Assembly: GCA_965247655.1 (NCBI GenBank)
Contig: OZ252032.1
Coordinates: forward strand, 5,339,843 to 5,403,842
From: Candidatus Poribacteria bacterium
Lineage (GTDB): Bacteria > Poribacteria > WGA-4E > PCPOR2b
Direction of reading: 5' to 3'
DNA: 64,000 nucleotides
Position numbers and translations under genes: made by a program. The notes below the pieces were generated by a model. The model searched no databases. It had not been told where the DNA came from and saw nothing but the letters and a program-made list of their open reading frames with translations. Shown here piece after piece: positions 1-10,451 of the stretch (the first letter of the stretch is position 1; each line of letters begins with the position of its first letter).

Positions 1-182
1 GGAAAATAGGCAAAATCCAATCCCAATAACAAACATCGCGGTCATCGCAAACTTAAACCAGTCAAATCCCTTTTGTTGTTTCATCATTTTCTCCTGCACT
101 GTTCCAATACTAAATCTTCTGCACAGAAACCCCTTCGGAGTAACAATGGTTTTCACTATTCCCTTTAGCAGCGATTGTCTAT

Positions 183-1154
183 TCATTGCTTATCCGATTT
201 GAGATGCCCCCACAATGTGACATAGTTGCCTCGTGTATCAACAAGGAGCGAACGGTCGGGAATCACCCAAGTCGGATACATATCATTGCCCGGGTGAGTG
301 GTAACCTGCCTCGCCTCACCCCCATTGGCGTTAACGACGTGAATATCCCAGCCCGTTTGCCCTCGAAACGACATGAAGGCAATCCACCGCCCATCGGGGG
401 ACCACGCGGGTAAACGGGCTGATTTGGGGTGATTGGTCACTCTGACGATATTGGCACCATCGGCGTTCATCACGTAGATGTCCTGTTGGGCGATATTGTG
501 TAGGTTGGAATAGAAAGCAATCTTTCTCCCGTCGGGTGACCAATCGGGGTGTCGGCCCTTTGGACTCAGTTGTATCCGATTTCTTCCATTTCGGTCCATC
601 ACAAAGATTCCGCCCCCATGAAATGCGATTTTTTCGCCATCGGGAGACCAAGAGGGACCGCCATACTGGTGTTTATCTGCCGCGTTTGTTAGCTGTTTCC
701 AACCATCTCCGTCTGCTTTTATAATACAAATATTTGAACGGATCTCGTCCCGTAGCCGACATGTCAATGTCAACCACTTGCCATCCCCAGACCAAGCAGG
801 AAAAGAAAAATTCATCCCCAATCCTCGCAACCGGGCGGTGATGTTTTTCTGTTTTCCGGTGCGAAGTTCTAATATAAAGAGATTACCTTCTTGTTTGGCG
901 TTGCGCTGACTAAAGGCGACCCATTTGCCATCAGGAGACCATGCCATGCCAGCAGCGTTAGGGGTATGAAGCCACTTTCGCTCGTTAGTACCATCGGCGT
1001 TAATTAGGTAAACCTCCCTTTTTCGACCCTCTCGCTTCGAGTTAAACGCGATGATTCCGGTCGGCTCGGCGGACGCATAATCATAGATCAGTAGAAGAGA
1101 TAGGGCTAGCAGGTGTATCATCAAAAGGGAGTTGATGACAGATTTGAGTTTCAT
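183..1154 (-). CDS. TolB-like WD40-type beta-propeller periplasmic protein (signal peptide)
   Basis: Repeated PxWSPDGKxIAF motifs (AWSPDGKWVAF, PSWSPDGEKIAF, PDWSPDGRKIAF, PAWSPDGRWIAF); hydrophobic N-terminal signal MKLKSVINSLLMIHLLALSLLLIYDYASA. Confidence 0.85.
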   Translation of the reverse strand: MKLKSVINSLLMIHLLALSLLLIYDYASAEPTGIIAFNSKREGRKREVYLINADGTNERKWLHTPNAAGMAWSPDGKWVAFSQRNAKQEGNLFILELRTGKQKNITARLRGLGMNFSFPAWSGDGKWLTLTCRLRDEIRSNICIIKADGDGWKQLTNAADKHQYGGPSWSPDGEKIAFHGGGIFVMDRNGRNRIQLSPKGRHPDWSPDGRKIAFYSNLHNIAQQDIYVMNADGANIVRVTNHPKSARLPAWSPDGRWIAFMSFRGQTGWDIHVVNANGGEARQVTTHPGNDMYPTWVIPDRSLLVDTRGNYVTLWGHLKSDKQ

Positions 1155-1476
1155 CTATTTTCTCATTGCTTGCGCAGAAATTTAGAACTGCTGAAGGTAT
1201 CGCTTTGATAGCAGAGGTGTTCACACAGCTGCTGCTCAGGTATCTACTACATAACCTCGATTGCTTCAAACAAGCTCAGTTGAGGGATTTGAATCGTCAG
1301 CAGGTCATCTAACCAACTATGCACACATGTCTCCCCTGAGACAAGGCTTCGCACGGACTTCGGCGACTGCGCTGACGACAACTCGATCTCCAAATCTGCC
1401 ATTTTGACTGGCTCGTAAAAACTCACTCCGAAATGCCCCGAACCGTTCACCAGATGCACCAAGTGCAAAACGCAAA

Positions 1477-1512
1477 GAGCAACCGAGTTTTCAAGAAAAA
1501 ACTCGGTTGCTG
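1477..1512 (-). terminator. Hairpin (12-bp stem agcaaccgagtt/aactcggttgct) just downstream of the sulfatase stop; U-rich tract follows on the minus strand
   Basis: Perfect inverted repeat seen in sequence, located 40-75 nt after the stop of 1554..3047(-). Confidence 0.5.
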
Positions 1513-1553
1513 TTGCACGATTTCTTCACATGAACCTCTAGCTTTAGCACGCT

Positions 1554-3047
1554 TTATTTGTCTTTTCCCTCAGAGTGCCACTGTATTTGAGACATATTCG
1601 TGCGAGGCGGCGGGGGCCAATGCGAACCGCGTTGGCTGGTGAGCCCTCTGTTGGGACCGGGGATAAAGTCTCGGTCAGGCACACCGATGAGTTGCCCATT
1701 TTCAGCCCAAGCTTCGTCGCCACCATAGAGTTGACTGACGAGCAGATCAGTCAGATTGGTGAGGATGTCGGCATGTTCAGTGGAAGCGGAGAGATCTATC
1801 AATTCATCTGGATCGTTTTGTAAATCGAAAAGCTGCCGACAGTTGCCAACCGGATAATAGATGAGTTTGTAGCGTCCATCGCGGATCATGCGCGTGGCAT
1901 GGTTATCCTCGCCAACCTCACCATAGAACCAATCTCGTCTCTGCTCACCGACCATTGAAATCCCTTCAACCGTCTCAGGGATATCAATGCCCGCCAAGTC
2001 GAGCAGCGTTGGCATCACATCCGCCCAACCGACCAATCGGTCATCAACACGGTTGTAACCCACCCGCTCATCCCCAGCGACGCCGAGCAGAATCATCGGG
2101 ATGTTGGCGGAGTATTCGTAGAAGAGCCGCTTCGCCCACATACTATGGTTGCCGAGCATATCGCCGTGATCGGACGTGAAGCAGATAATGGTATTGTCGA
2201 GGATGCCTTCCTCACGCAATGTCCCGATAAGGACGCGCAGCTGATGGTCAATATGGGTGCAGAGGGCATAGAAGGCGCGACGGGCGGCAATGATCTGGTG
2301 CGGTGTGAACTTAGCCCCTCGAGCGGTGTTGGCTTTCAGGCTGAAAGGTAGGTCTTCTGAGGAGGTTGACCAGTCGCCGGAATACGGTTCATCAATCGGA
2401 ATATCGCGGTAAAGATCGAGATATGTTTGTAGGGGGACGATCGGAGGGTGGGGGTGACGGTAGGAGATAAACCAGAAAGCGGGACGATTCGGATCACGGC
2501 GTTTAACGAACCGTGCCATCTGATTCGTCGCCCAGTTGGTCGCATGGGTCTCCTCTGGAAGGTGCCATGGACGGTTGACGTATTCGTTGTTACCCATGCC
2601 GTGGTCGAAGTGTCGTCCGGCATATCCCTGATCGCCGAGAAAAAGTTCGTAATCATCTAACACCCCGTACTGGACGCGCCCTTCCTCATCCAATATCACA
2701 TCGTCGAAGCCGATGCGGTTACGCTGCGGGTAGACGTGCAGCTTTCCAACGGCATAGGCTTGATAGCCTGCGTCCCGAAAGGTTTGTGCCATAGTCGGGA
2801 CTGCGGGCATGGTCAGTTTATCTTTGAAAACCCGATCCCCGTGGGTGCGGGGTGTAGTCCCCGTCATAAGGGTCCGACGGGCGGGAATGCAGACCGGACA
2901 TTCGGTATAGGTGTTAGTAAAACGAACCCCGCTGCGGCAGAGTTCATCAAGGGTCGGGGTTTGGATGGTTGGATGTCCTGCAGCTCCGAATAGGGCAGCG
3001 GGCCAATGGTCGGTACTTATTAAAAGCACATTTGGTTGGGTAGACAT
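1554..3047 (-). CDS. Cys-type sulfatase (formylglycine-dependent arylsulfatase family)
   Basis: N-terminal LLISTDHW and sulfatase signature C-x-P-x-R (CPVCIPARRTLMTG); length 497 aa; AAGGAA RBS 8 nt upstream of ATG. Confidence 0.9.
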   Translation of the reverse strand: MSTQPNVLLISTDHWPAALFGAAGHPTIQTPTLDELCRSGVRFTNTYTECPVCIPARRTLMTGTTPRTHGDRVFKDKLTMPAVPTMAQTFRDAGYQAYAVGKLHVYPQRNRIGFDDVILDEEGRVQYGVLDDYELFLGDQGYAGRHFDHGMGNNEYVNRPWHLPEETHATNWATNQMARFVKRRDPNRPAFWFISYRHPHPPIVPLQTYLDLYRDIPIDEPYSGDWSTSSEDLPFSLKANTARGAKFTPHQIIAARRAFYALCTHIDHQLRVLIGTLREEGILDNTIICFTSDHGDMLGNHSMWAKRLFYEYSANIPMILLGVAGDERVGYNRVDDRLVGWADVMPTLLDLAGIDIPETVEGISMVGEQRRDWFYGEVGEDNHATRMIRDGRYKLIYYPVGNCRQLFDLQNDPDELIDLSASTEHADILTNLTDLLVSQLYGGDEAWAENGQLIGVPDRDFIPGPNRGLTSQRGSHWPPPPRTNMSQIQWHSEGKDK

Positions 3048-3354
3048 AAACTATTCCTTTTTTTGGTGCAAGTTTTCTATCACAGCGATAGATTTACTAT
3101 ATCCCGCCCCGGACCGCCCGTCGGAGGATTCTCTCCCGTGCGAAAGTTGCGGCTCCTTCGGCAAACTCAAGGTAGGCTTCTGGTCGGAACATAGACAACA
3201 CTGATTTGTAGGAGGGCGGGGCAAGGATCAAGGGGCTCGGAAATGCGTCACAGTCGAAACACAAGTGTGCCAAATCTTAGATGCTCTAGAGTTTGTGTCT
3301 CCGCTTTTATCTGCGTGAATCTGCGCCCCACAAAGACCAGTCGCCAGAAAAGGT

Positions 3355-4113
3355 TCAACAATCATAATCAAATAGGCATCGCGCCGCTTCACTGAGACGG
3401 GAAAAGGTTTTTGTATTGAGAACACCCCAATCCGACGCTGATCTGTCCACATGCGGATCGTGGCGGCGACACCAAAAACTGGTAACATTTGGGCGGTCGT
3501 TTTGGCTGCGATTCAACGTCGCCCCGTGCCACAGATGGCTATTGAAAACCACAACCGTACCAGCAGCGCCGATCAATTTTATCTCATCCGGGTGTGCTTC
3601 CTGCGGTGCTTCCATCATATCCTGTGGGTGTTTGCCGCTACGATGGGACCCGGGAACGGCACGAGTGGGACCATTCTCCTTGGTGAAGTCGGTCAGCATC
3701 CACATTGAGTTGCAGACATAATACGTGCCCGGTTTGGCTGGCGGTCCGCCGTAGTCAACATGAAGCGGTTGGTGACCACCCCCTGGCCGATTGGGGCGCG
3801 AATGGATTCCTAGAGATCTAAAATCTTCCCTCAACACATGAGCAACTGCCGCAAGTAAACGTGGGTGCGTGAAGCAGGCATCAAAAGCAAAGGATTTATT
3901 TTGCATGTTTGTGCACTCCTTCGGCATACCCGGTTCGGCGGTGCTTTCGAGGGTGAACAACGCCTCCATTTCCGACCGCATCCGAGCGACCGACTCGGCA
4001 GGGATGAGGTTTGGAAAGGGGAGAAAGCCATCTTGATCCAGCCTGAACTTTTCCTCGTCAGAAAGGGTGTTTTCCCGGACGCCGAGGGCATAAAGTGCCT
4101 CTTGAAATGTCAT
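3355..4113 (-). CDS. Phytanoyl-CoA dioxygenase (PhyH) family Fe(II)/2-oxoglutarate-type oxygenase
   Basis: HxD motif (LHVDYGG) plus distal His (HLWHGATLNRSQNDR) typical of PhyH-family dioxygenases. Confidence 0.6.
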   Translation of the reverse strand: MTFQEALYALGVRENTLSDEEKFRLDQDGFLPFPNLIPAESVARMRSEMEALFTLESTAEPGMPKECTNMQNKSFAFDACFTHPRLLAAVAHVLREDFRSLGIHSRPNRPGGGHQPLHVDYGGPPAKPGTYYVCNSMWMLTDFTKENGPTRAVPGSHRSGKHPQDMMEAPQEAHPDEIKLIGAAGTVVVFNSHLWHGATLNRSQNDRPNVTSFWCRRHDPHVDRSASDWGVLNTKTFSRLSEAARCLFDYDC

Positions 4114-4213
4114 AATGTTGCTTTCTGCCCGTTTACGTGAACCGACAATTTGTGTATTGACTCAATTACCTTTTTTAATCGCACCCCAAGTGGTTGCCAA
4201 TTTTTCTCGTGGG

Positions 4214-5095
4214 TCAACGGCAAAGCGCACTGGTCCCTCTGCCCACGCGGGCCCCCCCCCCTGGTCCCGGAAGACGCAGGGTCGGTTTGCCACCTTCGGC
4301 ATCAACAACATAAATCCCAACAGATTCGAGGTCGTTACCTTCCAGCCCCCCAAAGGCAATTTGATCTCCCGCCGGCGACCAAGCGGGACCTTGGCCCGAA
4401 AAAGGTAAGTCTGTTAATTGCCGAATCTTTTTACGTCCTATCATATCCATGATGTAAATTTGCGACTTTCCATTTCGATCTGAACTAAATGCTAACTCGG
4501 TGCCATCGGAGGACCAAGCGGGGTAGTGATCATCCCCCGGATCGACGGTGAGCCGCCTTGGATTCAGTGGATTTATATCAATATTTATATCCATGAGGTA
4601 GATATCCCAATTCCCTTCGGCAAAGAGGTCAGAACGGAAGGCAATCTGAAGACCGTCTGGAGACCAAGTAGGTGACATACTAACCTGTGTTCCATGGATT
4701 TCTTTGCCCTCGCGCGTCTCTACATCAAAGATCCAGAGAGATAGCCCCTTCATTACGGCAATTTGACGTCCATCTGGAGACCAAGCCGGCCGAAAGAACG
4801 TACCGGCAGCAATATTTCTTCGATTTTTCTCGGCATCCATTACAACGAGTCTTCCATCGGATATAAAGGCGAGAAGCGTCCCATCTGGGGACCAGGCGGG
4901 CCAGCTGTCCCGTGCCAAATCGTCAGTCAACTGTATTGGTTCGCCGCCTTTTCCATCAACGACATAAATGTCCATGTTTCCATTTGGGGGGCGACGGGTA
5001 TATGCGAACTTATCTTCAGCCGCTTGTATCTTCATCAATTCAACACCCGGGGCAGTAAAAATCAGTGCCCAGAACAGCAAAGTCAACCCTCTCAT
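4214..5095 (-). CDS. TolB-like beta-propeller periplasmic protein
   Basis: PAWSPDGxxxAF repeats x5; start placed at internal ATG (MRGLTLLFWALIFTAPG signal peptide) preceded by AGGAG RBS, not at the longer ORF start 5239. Confidence 0.8.
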   Translation of the reverse strand: MRGLTLLFWALIFTAPGVELMKIQAAEDKFAYTRRPPNGNMDIYVVDGKGGEPIQLTDDLARDSWPAWSPDGTLLAFISDGRLVVMDAEKNRRNIAAGTFFRPAWSPDGRQIAVMKGLSLWIFDVETREGKEIHGTQVSMSPTWSPDGLQIAFRSDLFAEGNWDIYLMDINIDINPLNPRRLTVDPGDDHYPAWSSDGTELAFSSDRNGKSQIYIMDMIGRKKIRQLTDLPFSGQGPAWSPAGDQIAFGGLEGNDLESVGIYVVDAEGGKPTLRLPGPGGGARVGRGTSALCR

Positions 5096-5222
5096 TTGAG
5101 ATCTCCTTTGATAAACATTCTTGCAACTAAGGGCGCATGAAAATAGGAGTGCGAGAACGTTGGGCCCCCGACGGAATCGGATGCAGGGTATCAATCTGTT
5201 TGTGAATCCTCCTGAACACCGT

Positions 5223-6173
5223 TCACAGATCAATGTCATCGGCTTCCAAATTCAACCATCGCATCTCGTCGGAGGACAGTTGAATCGCCAACGCCGCAAG
5301 ACATGAAGCGAGCTCCTCTTGAGTCAGGGGACCAACGAGCGGAAACGTCGGAAACGACTGGCGCAAAACGTATGCCAACGAAATCTGTATTGCCGTACAT
5401 CCTTTCTTCTCTCCAAGTGTTTGTGCCCGTCTGAGTCGCTCAAAATTGTCATCGGTATAGTACACCCGCACCATGTCCTGATTTTCCCGCTTTTCAGGGG
5501 CAAAACGCTCGCTGAAGAACCCTCGTGCCTGTGAGGACCAAGGTAGCAGCGGAAATTGTGTTTCGTGATGCCACTTCCACGCCGCTTCCGACACAGACAC
5601 AACACCCTTCCACATCGGTTCCATGGGAATAGCCAAGCTGATATTATTGCTGCTGACCACAAATCCGTGCAACCCATGTTCTGCAGCGTATTCATTCGCT
5701 TCTTGGAGGCGTTCAAGCTCCCAATTCGATGCGCCGATCGCTCGCAGGTTGCCCGCACGAATTTCTTGATTTAGGTGCTCGATGATTGTACCGGCGGGGA
5801 TGCTTGGGTCATCTCGATGCAGCAGAAATAGGTCGATATAATCGGTTTGTAGACGGAGGAGGCTTTCATGGATGTCATGCGCCAGTTCCTCTGGACTCAG
5901 GCGCGGACGTGGCACCGCAGCATGTGGATGTCCGCCCTTGTCAACCAAAAACACTTTAGATCGATTTTTCCGATTTTTCATCCACATACCGAGCAGCCGT
6001 TCGCTATCGCCACCGCCGTAGCTATGTGCGGTATCAAGTGCGTTGCCACCGGCTGCAAAAAATTCGTCTAGCATCGAATAGCTGTGTTCCATCGTATCGG
6101 GCGTAAAGAGCATACACCCAAGCACAAGCTGAGAAATCTCTTTCTCTATTCCTGGGATTGTTCCGTAATTCAT
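5223..6173 (-). CDS. Aldo/keto reductase
   Basis: AKR motifs (LDTAHSYGGGDSERLLG, IGASNW); start moved to ATG 6173 (MNYGTIP) behind GAGGAG RBS; track start 6188 is TTG. Confidence 0.85.
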   Translation of the reverse strand: MNYGTIPGIEKEISQLVLGCMLFTPDTMEHSYSMLDEFFAAGGNALDTAHSYGGGDSERLLGMWMKNRKNRSKVFLVDKGGHPHAAVPRPRLSPEELAHDIHESLLRLQTDYIDLFLLHRDDPSIPAGTIIEHLNQEIRAGNLRAIGASNWELERLQEANEYAAEHGLHGFVVSSNNISLAIPMEPMWKGVVSVSEAAWKWHHETQFPLLPWSSQARGFFSERFAPEKRENQDMVRVYYTDDNFERLRRAQTLGEKKGCTAIQISLAYVLRQSFPTFPLVGPLTQEELASCLAALAIQLSSDEMRWLNLEADDIDL

Positions 6174-6557
6174 TGCGTCTCCTCTCAATAAGTGTGTTGG
6201 ATATATGATAGCAAAAAAAGAGCAAAAGGTCTATGCTAACCACAATTTTTGCCCCGTAAACGAAAACTATGCTACAATGACGCAAGTTGCTAGATAGCCC
6301 GTAGGTCGAGTTTCCATACTCGACATCTAAGACGACACACATGTCGGCCCGCCGGGGCTTTAGGAGGCAGGCTTTGGGGTTCTATACACATACCGCCCCG
6401 CTGGGGCTATGGGTCGGGCAAGATGCCCGACCTACGGGTGTGGTCAGTTTTGATACACATATTGCCCCGCTGGAGATGTAAGTGGCAACTTGCGCTAACA
6501 CTAGCAACTTAGGTTACAATACACACTGGATTTTTAACCTTTGGGAGGATTTCAGCG

Positions 6558-7748
6558 ATGAAGATTAAAACCCTTGAAATGCTTACGCTACACATCCCTT
6601 TTTACACCGATTATGTCACCCGACACATGCAACGCGCTTTGACGCACTCGGAGCAGATAGAAATATATCGCGTTGAGTTAGATAACGGCGTTATCGGCTA
6701 TGGCGAAAATATGGGGGATGAGTCCGGCAACTTCGATCGGGTCATCGGACAAAACCCGTTTGCAATCATGCAGGACGACAGCATCGGTTTCGGTATTCAG
6801 ATGTCCCTGTTTGATGCCGTCGGCAAATCGGTTGGCGTCCCTGTTTACCAATTGTTAGGTGCAAAGGTTCGGGACCGCTGCCCGATTTCGTGGTGGGATA
6901 TTGATATGCCGCCGGAGGATTGGGTGAAAGAGGCGGAGGAGTCCGTGAAGCGTGGCTATACGTCGATTAAGCTGAAAGCCCGTCCGTGGCGAGACATCTT
7001 CGAGCAGGTGGAGGCTGTCGGAAAGGTTGTCCCAGAAGGTTACAAATTGGACATCGATTTCAACGGTTTTCTCCGAACAGCGGAAGGCGCACAACCCGTT
7101 TTGCAAGAGTTGGATAGGCATCCCAACGTCGCATACTACGAAAGCCCATACTATCTCGGCACAGATATCGAAGGTGCCGGACGTCTACAGGAAGTGGTAG
7201 AAAAACGGATTGTCGAACACTTCAATGAACCGTGCCTACACGCCCGCTGCTCTGGCGGGTTTGTCGTCGGAGGTGGGGCAACGGGGACGCGAAGAACCAA
7301 TGCGTTGTGCGCTTCGTTTGATAAACCGTTCTGGCTGCAGATGGTCGGAACGGGCATTACGACCGCGTACGCCATGCACATCGGCGCGGTCCTGTCCCAT
7401 GCACAACTGCCCGCAATTACCTGCTTCGAGTTGTGGGAGCATAATCTCTTAACGCAACAGTTGGAGGTAGTGGATGGAACAATTGCCACACCGGAAGCAC
7501 CGGGGCTGGGCATTGAGGTTGACGAGTACGCGCTAGAACGCTACCGTGTTGAGCCGGGAACACCTTCGCCTACGGCACTCTATAAGCAGAGGGAACGAAC
7601 TTGCCGTGTACATATTCCCGACAGCAGAGGCGGTGAGGTTGTCCACGATTTTACAGGCGAGGGTGTCTATTATCCCGCCTTTAGTGAAGGGGAATATCCG
7701 GGATTTGTTCGTGGTGTTCGGATGGAAGTAATCGAAGGGGAAGGGTAA
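6558..7748 (+). CDS. Enolase-superfamily enzyme (mandelate racemase / muconate lactonizing enzyme-like)
   Basis: KxK (IKLKA) and metal-ligand DIDFNG motifs; GGGAGGA RBS. Confidence 0.8.
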   Translation: MKIKTLEMLTLHIPFYTDYVTRHMQRALTHSEQIEIYRVELDNGVIGYGENMGDESGNFDRVIGQNPFAIMQDDSIGFGIQMSLFDAVGKSVGVPVYQLLGAKVRDRCPISWWDIDMPPEDWVKEAEESVKRGYTSIKLKARPWRDIFEQVEAVGKVVPEGYKLDIDFNGFLRTAEGAQPVLQELDRHPNVAYYESPYYLGTDIEGAGRLQEVVEKRIVEHFNEPCLHARCSGGFVVGGGATGTRRTNALCASFDKPFWLQMVGTGITTAYAMHIGAVLSHAQLPAITCFELWEHNLLTQQLEVVDGTIATPEAPGLGIEVDEYALERYRVEPGTPSPTALYKQRERTCRVHIPDSRGGEVVHDFTGEGVYYPAFSEGEYPGFVRGVRMEVIEGEG

Positions 7749-7819
7749 ATCTGAATGTTCAGATGACAGGTGCTAGGGGCAACGATCGCCGCTGCTCCTA
7801 GTACCTCGTCACTACAAAT

Positions 7820-8239
7820 CTAAGGCATATCGAGTTGAGCAGCAATCTCGGTCAACCTGCTTTCCATTTGACTTGCAACCACTTCAAGTTTTTCCCCATC
7901 AATTTTCAACTGTCGAATCCTATCATCTTGGTGTGACAGAATGCAAAACATGTAGTTTTTCCGCAAATCAAAACCCGATTGTTTGATGTTCTCTTTCACA
8001 GTGCCTTCCGGGTAATACCACCGTTGTCCTCGGGTCTGTTTCAGGTTCACATGACAATGACCCTCGTCACCACCAAAACAGTCGAACCGCAAAACCTCGT
8101 CATCATAGAAATATAAAGAGGCTGCCGGCCCATGGCCCCCTCGGTCAGACCTCCAATACACTTCTAATCTAACGTTATCCTGTACCGGGTACTCAACCCA
8201 ATCAAATCTCTCCTGATTATTTACTATCTTAGACGCCAT
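7820..8239 (-). CDS. Hypothetical protein (139 aa, CFGGDEGHCH motif)
   Basis: Clean ORF with GGAGGAA RBS; no family recognised. Confidence 0.5.
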   Translation of the reverse strand: MASKIVNNQERFDWVEYPVQDNVRLEVYWRSDRGGHGPAASLYFYDDEVLRFDCFGGDEGHCHVNLKQTRGQRWYYPEGTVKENIKQSGFDLRKNYMFCILSHQDDRIRQLKIDGEKLEVVASQMESRLTEIAAQLDMP

Positions 8240-8472
8240 CTGTTCCTCCAGTTATGAGCAAGTTCGCAGCCCTTCAAACAGAAGTAGGCTTCCTAATAAT
8301 GGACATGGGCTTAAAGCCCAGACCTATCAGGGAAATCTCCAATCCTTTAGCCGAATCTCCCCCGACTTTGTTATACAGTCTAGCACTACCGGAAAATAAT
8401 GTCAAGATTAAGATTCTGTTCATCGATTCTCAGGAATATCTAAAACCCCTTTTCCCATTTTTCACAGGTTCC

Positions 8473-9543
8473 TTAAGGGAGTTCAACCTCTACCCGGCGA
8501 CCCGTCTGACTGGATTCCAAAGCTGCATCAATTATGCGGGCGACTTGGAGTGCGTCCCGTCCCGAGGCAGGCGGGGTGCCTTCGCCTTGTCCTGAACGAA
8601 TAAAGTCACGGATGAACTCCTCTCCAGCAATGCCACCATACGCCGGAGATTGACCCAAGGTATAGTCAAATTCGCGCTGAGGCGCAGACGCCCAAGAACC
8701 TTGAGCTGTTTCAACACTCATATGTTCTGCAACGCCTGGGGAAGCCCAGTAAATCCGACCGTTCTGACCATTGACGCCAACATAGGTATCGTAACTGGGT
8801 TGGTTGGGATATTTTGATCCACTCAACGCAAGGGTATAGCCCGCATGTAGAGAACCAACCGCTCCCGAACGCAAACGAAAAGAGAGCGTAGCAATATCCT
8901 CCACATCAATATCCTCACCGCTGCGTGTTGCGACCTCGGCAGACACCGACACAATTTCGTCGTGGGTGATGTAGCGTAACATGTCAATATAGTGACAGCC
9001 CAACCACGCCAAGATTCCACTCCCCGCGTATTCGTGGCGAAATAGCCATCCTTGGGGGTTGCGGTATTGTACCTGTGTCGTCAGCATACGCATCTCAATC
9101 GACATCAGCGGTCCCAACAAGCCCTGTCCTATAAGATCCCGTGCTTCACGAATCATCGGATTGTACCGATTTTGATAGCAGACGCCCAACTGCATACCTG
9201 CGCGCTCCGCCGCATCAACAACTCGCTGTACATCTGGGGCGGTTCTGCCGACCGGCTTTTCTGCCATTAGGTGCTTGCCAGACTCCAATATCCGTATAAA
9301 AACATCTGGCTTCAAGTCCGTTCTCATGGTGGCAATGGCAAAGAAGACATCGTCCCGCGCTAGAATTTCATCCAAATCGGTGGTGATGCTTTCCACCTTA
9401 TGTTCCTCCGATTGTTGGATGGACTCTAGAGCAGCTTGGTCTTCTCCCCAAATAAAAATGCCTTCAACCTCCGGCAATTCCTGTAATGTGCCGAGATGTC
9501 CTTCAAAATGAGCATTTCCTGGGCTTAGCAGCAACACTTTCAT
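8473..9543 (-). CDS. Gfo/Idh/MocA family NAD(P)-dependent oxidoreductase
   Basis: N-terminal Rossmann fold MKVLLLSPGNAHF, family-typical EKP motif (LMAEKPVG); start at ATG 9543 behind GGAAAG. Confidence 0.8.
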   Translation of the reverse strand: MKVLLLSPGNAHFEGHLGTLQELPEVEGIFIWGEDQAALESIQQSEEHKVESITTDLDEILARDDVFFAIATMRTDLKPDVFIRILESGKHLMAEKPVGRTAPDVQRVVDAAERAGMQLGVCYQNRYNPMIREARDLIGQGLLGPLMSIEMRMLTTQVQYRNPQGWLFRHEYAGSGILAWLGCHYIDMLRYITHDEIVSVSAEVATRSGEDIDVEDIATLSFRLRSGAVGSLHAGYTLALSGSKYPNQPSYDTYVGVNGQNGRIYWASPGVAEHMSVETAQGSWASAPQREFDYTLGQSPAYGGIAGEEFIRDFIRSGQGEGTPPASGRDALQVARIIDAALESSQTGRRVEVELP

Positions 9544-9957
9544 TTTTTCTTTCCTTTCATTTAATAGAGTTGTTCGCAAAAATATTATCCCATAGAATAT
9601 GGCAAAGAGAATCGGTATAAGATCTGGTGGTTTCCTTATAACGCAATATTATAAATGGAATTGTAACATAATAACATCTTTTCACAAAATTGGGCAGATC
9701 AATTATTGATAAATCTTCGAGAAGCAGCATCGTACCTCCATCGAAGTTGAAAATGCGAAAAGCCGACCTCTCAACAGGTTAGGGTTATTTAGTGAGGTGT
9801 CGGGATTCGGAGATCCCTCCTACAGGAAAACTAAATGTCCCTACCAACAGGGATCCATCGTTTGACAGCCTAACGGCATTATGATATTCTTTTGTGGCAT
9901 TGAAGATGATTGGCTACAATTCGCCAAAAACAGGAAACGTCTGCTAAGAGGTGAAAC

Positions 9958-10425
9958 ATGCTTAAATTCTATATCGGCCTTGTACTTGCCCTGTTGGTAT
10001 TCGCCATATTTTTCGGCTTTGTGACATCGGCACAAAAGACGGAGGATGGAACTAAGAAGGAAGGGGTGACGTTAGAAGCACTTGGGGTGACAGCGGAACA
10101 AAAAGCACAAATCAAAGCTTTGTGGGAACTTAAACGTCAAAGGCATCGTCAAGCAATCAAAAATCTGAAGCCCCTGAATCGGCTTGCCAAAGATAAGATG
10201 GCATCAGATGACCAAGTCCGAGAGGTTTTGAAAAAATTTCGCCAGCAACACTTAGCGCGAGAACAGAAGGTTGAGATCGCTGAAGAAGATCTCATCAAAT
10301 CTCTGCCGCCACGTGCACAGCTGCATCTGACCATCTTAGGTGTGTTAGACAACGGTTTAGCTCCCCGGCGCTTCAGCACTGCTCCGAAGAGAGAAGACAA
10401 CATACCAAAACCGAGCGACAGGTAG
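9958..10425 (+). CDS. Secreted LTxxQ-motif protein (Spy/CpxP-like periplasmic protein)
   Basis: Signal peptide MLKFYIGLVLALLVFAIFFG; LGVTAEQKAQIKAL and charged helical repeats. Confidence 0.4.
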   Translation: MLKFYIGLVLALLVFAIFFGFVTSAQKTEDGTKKEGVTLEALGVTAEQKAQIKALWELKRQRHRQAIKNLKPLNRLAKDKMASDDQVREVLKKFRQQHLAREQKVEIAEEDLIKSLPPRAQLHLTILGVLDNGLAPRRFSTAPKREDNIPKPSDR

Positions 10426-10451
10426 GATAGATCTGTGGGCACAAAAGAAGG

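Noticed and set aside
331-651. Numerous 60-120-aa ORFs nested inside or antisense to large genes (for example 331..651, 2093..2290, 4763..5140, 12907..13305, 58164..58367)
   Set aside because: They overlap well-supported genes in other frames, have no RBS and no recognisable motifs. They are most likely shadow ORFs.
4214-5239. Longer N-terminal extension of the TolB-like gene (start at 5239)
   Set aside because: The internal ATG at 5095 has an AGGAG RBS and begins a typical signal peptide. The extension is Cys/Arg-rich and non-protein-like.
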